In this document: positions 16,691 through 23,271 of the stretch, piece after piece
How positions within the stretch are numbered: the first letter of the stretch is position 1
Layout: each line of letters starts with the position of its first letter
Assembly: GCA_963798465.1 (NCBI GenBank)
Contig: CAWCTC010000001.1
Location: 656,465-720,464 of the forward strand
Source: an uncultured bacterium
Lineage (GTDB): Bacteria; Patescibacteriota; Minisyncoccia; Phycocordibacterales; GWA1-40-21
DNA: 64,000 nt
Direction: 5' to 3'
The notes under the pieces: generated by a model
Told to the model about the DNA's origin: nothing
Database searches by the model: none
What the model saw: only the letters and a program-made list of their open reading frames with translations
Made by a program: the position numbers and the translations under genes

Positions 16691-17824
16691 TTAAATATAC
16701 TTTTCCAAATCATTTTCCCCCACAGCTGTCCAATCCGTTCCAGACATTTTTTTGATAGTTTCCGAAGCATTAATTTTGCCGAGTTTTGAAAGCTTAAATA
16801 TTTTTATGGAAGCATCTGAAGAAAGCAAAACTTTATTCAATCTCGCATAATCTTCAATCTGCTTCAATTCATTTCCTTCATTTGAAATCTTTGTTTTAAC
16901 TTTTTCAGAATTTGCCGAGATACTAGAAACATTTTCAGTGGCAAGAACTTCCGAAGCCGATTTGTTTTTCAAAAACATATAAGCCAGCATCGCGCTCCAA
17001 AGCAATAAAATTGAAATGAATAATATAGAACTTGTAACATCATCAAATCCGGTATAAGGAACTGAGCTCAAATATACGGATGAAAGATTTGTGTTCGTAT
17101 CATTGTAAGAAAGAACCTGATTATTTGTCGTTGGTGTCGTGTAAGTCGGAGTATAAGTTGTCGAAGTATTTGCAACTGTGCTTGGAATTATATCGACTGA
17201 ACAAGTTCTTGTGACACTTTGTCCGTTTGAAGTAATCACCAAATTCATATATTCCAAACCAGTGTACTGATAATATTGAGAAACATATTGTCCAGAGTAC
17301 GAATTATTGTAACTGTCTGTCCAATAATAATTGTAAGCTCCATTTCCTCCAGAAGCTGAAGCGGACCAGTTGATTGTATTTCCAGCATTCGCACTAGAGA
17401 CAGTTGCAGTGCATGAACCATCAAGAGCTGCGTAAGTCGGATAAGAATAATATGGATAATAATAACTTTGTGTCGGATAAACATTAACATTTCCGCAATT
17501 TGCCGTTACCGATTGTCCATTTGATGTTACTGTAACATTTGCCGTTTTTGTTCCTGCTGAAATATAATTTTGCGAAACATAGCTTGAATATCCAAAAAGT
17601 CCGTCTGTTCCTGACCATGAATAAGAATAAGCTCCGTTTCCGCCGGACACTGAAGCAGACCATCCTATTGAATTATCGGTTTGAATTGAATATGAATTCG
17701 GCTGGCAAGAAACTTGCAAAGCTGGATAATAATATTGCGCGTTTGATACAGCCGGAATAATAAAGCCAGCCAGCAAAACAATTGCGACAGCTGAATATTT
17801 AGTTATTTTTTTCATGTTTTTCAT
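16691..17824 (-). CDS. Secreted repeat-domain surface protein with VPYTG sortase-like signal, TM helix and ~95-aa tail
   Basis: Has a signal peptide and two Cys-bracketed ~80-aa repeats ('W.AS.SGGNGAY.Y.W...ITSNGQSVT..C'). These are followed by 'LSSVPYTGF', a hydrophobic helix and 'KNK'. Confidence 0.7.
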   Translation of the reverse strand: MKNMKKITKYSAVAIVLLAGFIIPAVSNAQYYYPALQVSCQPNSYSIQTDNSIGWSASVSGGNGAYSYSWSGTDGLFGYSSYVSQNYISAGTKTANVTVTSNGQSVTANCGNVNVYPTQSYYYPYYSYPTYAALDGSCTATVSSANAGNTINWSASASGGNGAYNYYWTDSYNNSYSGQYVSQYYQYTGLEYMNLVITSNGQSVTRTCSVDIIPSTVANTSTTYTPTYTTPTTNNQVLSYNDTNTNLSSVYLSSVPYTGFDDVTSSILFISILLLWSAMLAYMFLKNKSASEVLATENVSSISANSEKVKTKISNEGNELKQIEDYARLNKVLLSSDASIKIFKLSKLGKINASETIKKMSGTDWTAVGENDLEKYI

Positions 17825-17879
17825 ATCTTTGTATTACATCTAAAACTATAAAAAGTCAATGATACCATTTTCACAAAAT

Positions 17880-18530
17880 TTAATTCACAGTACTCGTAGC
17901 GGTAATTGGACTTTGAGAAACAAATTCAGACTGGACGACAAATCTGTCTTCTTTTGTCGCGAAGTTATCACAAGTGGAAAGAGTCAGCATTTTCGTCTTG
18001 GTATCAAACACAACTAAAGCTTGATCCGCGGTTGTCATGGTTACAGACAAAACTTTATAAGTGTAAACATTATCGCTTGAATAAAGATATATCAAATCTC
18101 CTTCTTTCAAAGTATTCAGTCCATTGAAAGTTTTGAAAGCTTGATTATTTACAATTTTAATTCTGGTATTATGCCCGAAAATATAAATATTTCCATTTCC
18201 TCCGGGAAGTCCTGACCCTGGATATCTTACAGCTCCACTCAAAAGATAATTATCAAGTGCATCTATACTCGTAGTTGCAGGATTGTAGACTTGAGCATTG
18301 ACCCCAATAGCGGGAATCTGAATGCTCATAGGAAGTTCTCCGACTTCATTACCTTTTGATTCCTGAATAGGAGCTCTGCCTATGAAAGACTTGAATTCCT
18401 CGGGAACCAAGCCAAAAAGATACAAAATCGAAAACGTAATCGTAAGAATAATAAAAAGATTCAAGAAGAAATATCCCTTGTTTTGCCAAATTAAGCTTAT
18501 TATTCCTTGTTTTTTTTGTTGTTTATCCAT
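17880..18530 (-). CDS. Sortase-family transpeptidase
   Basis: N-terminal TM anchor, with His motif 'IYIFGHNT', Cys motif 'LTLSTCDN' and a downstream Arg ('EDRFVV'). Confidence 0.8.
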   Translation of the reverse strand: MDKQQKKQGIISLIWQNKGYFFLNLFIILTITFSILYLFGLVPEEFKSFIGRAPIQESKGNEVGELPMSIQIPAIGVNAQVYNPATTSIDALDNYLLSGAVRYPGSGLPGGNGNIYIFGHNTRIKIVNNQAFKTFNGLNTLKEGDLIYLYSSDNVYTYKVLSVTMTTADQALVVFDTKTKMLTLSTCDNFATKEDRFVVQSEFVSQSPITATSTVN

Positions 18531-18571
18531 AATGCGTGTTTTGGTTTGTTTAATGACTCAATTATACTTGC

Positions 18572-18600
18572 TTGACAATAAAAGTCAAGTAGTGTATAGT
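18572..18600 (+). promoter_or_regulatory. Sigma70-type promoter (TTGACA-17 nt-TATAGT) for the CARDB gene; -35 sits in a CTTGAC/GTCAAG inverted repeat
   Basis: Read directly from the sequence. Confidence 0.55.
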
Positions 18601-18638
18601 ATTGTTTCATTAATTTAATCAATAAAAAAACAAATTTT

Positions 18639-19679
18639 ATGAATAAAGACGTTACAACAAAAGAAATAACACCGGTAGTAGTAAAGAAAACATTCTGGGA
18701 AAAAACCAAGGAATCTTTTCATGTTGCTTTGATATCGGCAGGAATCATTCTTGCAATTTTACTTTTGGTCTGGGTTCCATTCAAACTCATTCCATCAATC
18801 TACAGCCATGGTTCAAACTTCGTATCTACTTCCCTTTCATCTTTGTTTATTCCTAGTGAATCAACTTCGACTCAGCAAACTGCTCCAGAAAATGCTCTCA
18901 TAACTACAGCAACAACCAGCCAAACTACAAATGCGTCAGCTACAAAAACATCTTCTGCTCAAGTTCAGCAAGTCGCATATTATGGCGAACCAGATTTGGC
19001 GATAACTCTTATAGGAACAGGTATCATAGATCCAGCTTCAAAACAATTTATCCAGACAAATTATGCCGGTATGAACGATGAAGTTGCGATGAAATTCCAA
19101 GTAAAAAATATCGGAACAAATGTTTCCGGAGCTTGGCAGCTTAGAATAAATTCGCCCTCAAGAACGACACCTTATTATGATTCTCCTTATCAGCAATCAA
19201 TAAAACCGGGAGACAGCATGATATTCACAGCAAGTTTTGACAGTCCTATAACTACAGGCATCAACACTGCTTACGTAACTGTTGATCCTTTGAACATGAT
19301 TGCCGAATCTTCAAAAGCAAATAATCAACTCATAATTCCTATAGATATAAGCGGGACAAACTATGCTTATGCAAATGAAAATAATTATGGAAGTGTCACC
19401 ACGAATACTCCAGGAACTTTATACACTTGGACAAATATGAGCGTAAATTGCTTTGCAAATCCACAAACATCATATGTTGGAAGTCCGATAACTTGGTACG
19501 CAACAGTATCAGGAGGAAACGGATACTACACTTATTCATGGGCAGGATCAGATTTATTGAGTGCAAGCGAAAGTTACACGACAAAAACTTACTACTCAGC
19601 CGGAACAAAAGCTGCCGTAGTAACAGTCACATCAAATGGACAATCTGTGACAGCACAATGTATGGCGAATATTAATTAA
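18639..19679 (+). CDS. Membrane-anchored surface protein with CARDB-like domain and one SGGNG-Y-Y-W repeat
   Basis: The CARDB-like stretch is 'PDLAITLIG..VKNIGTNVSGAWQLRI...VTVDPLNMIAESSKANNQ'. The C-terminal repeat matches those of the 377-aa protein. Confidence 0.7.
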   Translation: MNKDVTTKEITPVVVKKTFWEKTKESFHVALISAGIILAILLLVWVPFKLIPSIYSHGSNFVSTSLSSLFIPSESTSTQQTAPENALITTATTSQTTNASATKTSSAQVQQVAYYGEPDLAITLIGTGIIDPASKQFIQTNYAGMNDEVAMKFQVKNIGTNVSGAWQLRINSPSRTTPYYDSPYQQSIKPGDSMIFTASFDSPITTGINTAYVTVDPLNMIAESSKANNQLIIPIDISGTNYAYANENNYGSVTTNTPGTLYTWTNMSVNCFANPQTSYVGSPITWYATVSGGNGYYTYSWAGSDLLSASESYTTKTYYSAGTKAAVVTVTSNGQSVTAQCMANIN

Positions 19680-19697
19680 TTTTAAAAAAATAAAAAT

Positions 19698-19731
19698 AAA
19701 AGGGCGGCCGCGAAAGCGGCCGCCCTTTTTT
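19698..19731. terminator. GC-rich NotI-containing bidirectional terminator (GGGCGGCCGC-GAAA-GCGGCCGCCC)
   Basis: Lies between the convergent CARDB gene and gyrB. Confidence 0.7.
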
Positions 19732-19773
19732 GATTCTGTGGAATCACATCGCACGAGTCCTTATGGTGCGATG
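19731..19773 (-). repeat. Two-hairpin 'AAGGAC-loop' element, copy 1 (downstream of gyrB)
   Basis: Minus strand reads 'CATCGCAC-cauAAGGACuc-GUGCGAUG' followed by 'UGAUUC-CACA-GAAUCA'. Confidence 0.65.
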
Positions 19774-19780
19774 CACTTTT

Positions 19781-21869
19781 TTAAATATCAATATTCGCCA
19801 ATTTTGCATTTGACTGTATGAAAGCTTTTCTCGCAGGAACATCGGTACCCATGAGCATATCGAATGTTTTATCCGCTTCTTGTGCATCAATTACAGTAAC
19901 TCTTTTCATCATTCTTCTTGCCGGATCCAAAGTTGTTTCCCAAAGTTCGTCTGCATTCATTTCTCCAAGACCTTTATATCTTTGAACTGAAACTTTCGGA
20001 CCTTTTTTGGTTTCAATTTCTTCATCCTCAACAATTTCTTCTGATGTCGATTCAACTTCGGCAACTTCGCTATCGGCAATTTTTTCTTTTTTAAAAAAGG
20101 CTTCTTTTTCTTCCTCTGTATAAAAATAATGAACTTCTTTTCCTATTTTAACTTTATACAATGGCGGCTGCGCAATACAAATATGTCCACCATCTATGAG
20201 CGGTCTAAAATATCTGTAGAACAAAGTTAGAAGAAGCGTTGTAATGTGCGCTCCATCAACGTCAGCATCGGTGGCAATAATTATTTTATGATATCTTAAT
20301 TTTTCAATATCAAATGTATCTCCTATCGCGGTGCCGAGCGCTACGACAATATTTTTTATCATTTCTGATTCAAGCATTTTATCAAGTCTTGCTCTTTCAA
20401 TGTTCAAAATTTTTCCTCGAAGCGGAAGTATCGCTTGAATTTTTCTATCGCGTCCCATCTTTGCCGTACCGCCTGCAGAATCTCCCTCCACAATTATTAT
20501 TTCTGATTCTGATGCATCCTTGCTTTGACAATCTGCAAGCTTACCGGGAAGCGTCATTCCTTCAAGTGCACCTTTTCTGAGTATTGAATCCTTCGCGGCC
20601 TTAGCTGCTTTTCTCGCTTTAAGAGCTAAAATTACCTTAGAAACTATTGCTCTTGCATCATCTGGGTTCTCTTCAAGAAAGGCTCCGAAAGCCTCGCCAA
20701 AGACCTCTTCAACTGCGCCACGAGCCTCGACAGAACCAAGCTTTGCTTTCGTCTGACCTTCAAATTGAATTTCGCGGAGCTTCACAGAAATGACAGCAGT
20801 CAAACCTTCAAGTACATCATCTCCGGTAAAATTTTCCTCACTTTCTTTTGTCAGATTATTTTTTCTTGCATAATTATTCAGCGATCTCGTGAGAGAGGTT
20901 TTGAAACCTGTGACATGAGTTCCGCCTTCAGGAGTTTCAATATCGTTTGCAAATGCCATAATCCTCGAAGAAATATCATCAACATATTGCAATGCTATTT
21001 CTACAGATTCAACTCCTGCAGCTTTTTTCTCAACATAAAAAACATTTTTATGAATTGGTTTTTGAAATTGATTGTAAAATTTAACAAGAGATAAAAGTCC
21101 GCCTTCAAAATAAAAAGATTGCGATGGCGCTTCTATATCCAAGTTCTGAAAAATAAAATACTTCTTTATCGTCGATTTTTTCTGTAATTTCTCTTGCATC
21201 CATTGCAGTGATTCTCAAACCTTTTACAAGATAAGCTTGTTGTCTCATGTGAGAAACCACGCTGTTGAAATCAAAAACAATTCCCTCTTTGAAAATTTCA
21301 GGATCCGGCTCAAAAGTAACTATCGTTCCATGTTTGTCTGTCTTTCCGATTTTTTTTACAGAAGCTTTTGGTTTTCCTTTTGCATATTCTTGAATGTAAA
21401 TCGCGCCATCTTTATGAACGACAACTTTCATGTAAGTTGAAAGAGCGTTCACTACTGAAGCTCCGACTCCGTGAAGTCCTCCGGAAACTTTATATTCTGT
21501 TCCTTCACCTCCAAATTTTCCTCCAGCATGAAGGACGGTCATAATGGTTTCGAGTGCTGAAACTTTTGTTTGTTTGTGAATATCTACAGGAATACCTCTT
21601 CCGTTATCTGTAACTCTTACTCTGTTTCCAGGCAATAAAACAATCTCGATGTGATTGCAATAACCGTTCATCGCTTCATCGCGAGAATTGTCAAAAATCT
21701 CTGTTATAAGGTGATGCAAACCATCTGGACCTGTTGTTCCAATATACATACCTGGACGCCTTCTGACGGGCTCCAGCCCCTCAAGGACCTGGATGGCACT
21801 GGCATCATAATGATGTTCACTCTTTGCTTCTTTTTTGGGTTTTTCTTGCCCGTTCAAATTTTTTGCCAT
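19781..21869 (-). pseudogene. gyrB: DNA gyrase subunit B with a single +1 insertion in a T-run (~21,150)
   Basis: The N-terminal GHKL ATPase ('LEGLEPVRRRPGMYIG', 'DNGRGIPV') and the Toprim/C-terminal part ('EIIIVEGDSAGG', 'IIATDADVDGAHI') lie in two frames. The junction 'TTT TAT TTTT CAG' restores '..KEVFYFQNLDIEAPSQSFYFEGG'. Confidence 0.88.
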
Positions 21870-22143
21870 AATTATATATGTTTATAATATTTACTTTTAC
21901 TTGTTATAATAAGCCTTTATGTACAGCCCTATTTCTTCAAAAAACTTGTTCGGGTGAAGCATAATTTAAAAACAGCTTATAGCTTTTTATACCTTGTATT
22001 ATAACAAATAATCGGCGTAAAAGAAACAGAAAATTGGGTTTTTATAAAATAAATTCCTAAAATATTAAATAAAAAGCTATTTACATATTATTTTTATTGT
22101 GTTAATCTAGCAATAGAAAAACAAATCTGAAAGGAGGTATTAC

Positions 22144-22320
22144 ATGGACAAAATAGATATAGAGATAAAAGAACTTGTAAGAAATTATCTATCTTCTACA
22201 GAAACACCGACCCAGAACGATAAGCACATAAGAGAATCAGCAATAAAGTTAAACAAACCTGTTTCTCTAATGAGGGGTAAGTTCAACGACAAATTGGATG
22301 AAATGAATCCCTTCAGGTAA
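22144..22320 (+). CDS. Small hypothetical protein (58 aa), strong SD
   Basis: 'AAAGGAGGTattacATG' precedes MDKIDIEIKELVRNYLSSTETPTQNDKHIRESAIKLNKPVSLMRGKFNDKLDEMNPFR. The ORF falls below the ORF-track size cutoff. Confidence 0.5.
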   Translation: MDKIDIEIKELVRNYLSSTETPTQNDKHIRESAIKLNKPVSLMRGKFNDKLDEMNPFR

Positions 22321-22366
22321 TTACAGATTTTTGCCTCGATGTACATTTTAAAAAATAGGAGGATTA

Positions 22367-22543
22367 ATGGAAACATTGACAAAAACTTTGGCTGAAAGAC
22401 GCGTAAATGATCTAATGAAAAATATTGCCGGCAAAAATATAAATTCAAGGGCAATCGAAAAAGCCGCCAAAAAAATTGCTGGAGAGACAAAAACAAATCT
22501 CGAAAAAGTAAGAACGATGATATCCGAAAAAAACAACAAATAA
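22367..22543 (+). CDS. Small hypothetical protein (58 aa), strong SD
   Basis: 'ATAGGAGGAttaATG' precedes METLTKTLAERRVNDLMKNIAGKNINSRAIEKAAKKIAGETKTNLEKVRTMISEKNNK. A terminator follows. Confidence 0.5.
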   Translation: METLTKTLAERRVNDLMKNIAGKNINSRAIEKAAKKIAGETKTNLEKVRTMISEKNNK

Positions 22544-22560
22544 GAAACTAATCGGATATA

Positions 22561-22589
22561 AAGAGCTAGGTCAAACCTAGCTCTTTTTT
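22561..22589. terminator. Bidirectional terminator (AAGAGCTAGG-TCAAA-CCTAGCTCTT + T-run)
   Basis: 10-bp perfect stem between the convergent small-ORF pair and the 190-aa gene. Confidence 0.7.
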
Positions 22590-23160
22590 ATTTCTCCGTA
22601 AAAATTACCAATCTTTTCCAGCCGAGTTTAAATTTATCTATTTCTACAAAAAGATTCTCGCCTCCATTTTCTTCCGGCATTTCCGGATCATGATAATAAA
22701 ATCCGTTTATTTTTCCTTTATCATCTTTTTCATAGCCGACAATCACAATTCCGTGATGCCTGTCTTTCTCAGTAAAATATTTGTAGATTGAAACAATCGA
22801 TGGCATTCCTTCGTCTATTTTTTCTGCAATTTTTCCTATTCCCTTTTCCAAAAATAAATCTGACATCGGGCCGGCTTTCATTTCTCCATTTTTTATATCC
22901 ACATCAACAGATTTAAATTCTTGAGCATACGCGGAAATCCCGTGGTTTCTAAAAAGCCTTATGACTTCGTTGTGTTTCCAGAATTTGCCATCCCAGGCGC
23001 CGACAGAAGTTCCCTCTTTTATCCAATCGTCAGCTGGAATATTTTTTTCTCCCAAAAATTCAGCCACCATTTTTATACAAACAACAAGACAAGAGTGAGC
23101 TTTCCATTCAGGATCTATCACATCTGTGCGCTGAGAATAATATGGTACTTTTAATTTCAT
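22588..23160 (-). CDS. Papain-like cysteine peptidase, C39-like (Peptidase_C39_2-type)
   Basis: 'VPYYSQR', the candidate Cys in 'AHSCLVV' and the candidate His in 'RHHGIVIVGY' follow the order seen in C39-like domains. Confidence 0.5.
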   Translation of the reverse strand: MKLKVPYYSQRTDVIDPEWKAHSCLVVCIKMVAEFLGEKNIPADDWIKEGTSVGAWDGKFWKHNEVIRLFRNHGISAYAQEFKSVDVDIKNGEMKAGPMSDLFLEKGIGKIAEKIDEGMPSIVSIYKYFTEKDRHHGIVIVGYEKDDKGKINGFYYHDPEMPEENGGENLFVEIDKFKLGWKRLVIFTEK

Positions 23161-23268
23161 CCCGTAAAGAAATTTTAATATTTTGATAATTTCGACTTCT
23201 TGATAAATTGATTCTATACTTTTTTAGAAAAATTTTAATACTGAGCTGAATTTCACACGGGACAAGTA
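23161..23268 (-). repeat. Family-2 intergenic element, copy 1 (fills pheT stop to next ATG)
   Basis: The left block 'CCGTAAAGAAATTTTAATATTTTGATAATTTCGAC' and right block 'ACGGGACAAGTA' are shared with 61805-61914. The minus-strand ends CCCGU...ACGGG can pair, and ACGGG directly abuts the ATG. Confidence 0.65.
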
Positions 23269-23271
23269 TAA

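Noticed and set aside
16585-16789. 61-aa and 66-aa ORFs overlapping Family-4 repeat copy 1, with similar ORFs at 37335-37679 and 40283-40525.
   Set aside because: They are generated by the GC-rich repeat modules, which are locally stop-poor. They have no start context, and the equivalent repeat copies do not preserve a reading frame.
19781-21869. Intein or intron as the cause of the split gyrB or dnaE.
   Set aside because: The conceptual protein lengths are normal, and the junction sequences are contiguous once single bases are added or removed. There are no intein splice motifs or extra sequence blocks.
21870-22143. The AT-rich 270-bp region upstream of gyrB as a replication origin (oriC).
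   Set aside because: No TTATCCACA/TGTGGATAA-like DnaA boxes are visible and no dnaA/dnaN is adjacent. The region is better explained as divergent promoter space for gyrB and the small-ORF pair.
22185-22539. Minus-strand ORFs of 103 aa and 63 aa from the track.
   Set aside because: They give low-complexity Phe/Leu/Ile-rich translations and have no SD. They are antisense to two plus-strand ORFs with canonical SDs and a terminator, so they are probably shadow ORFs.
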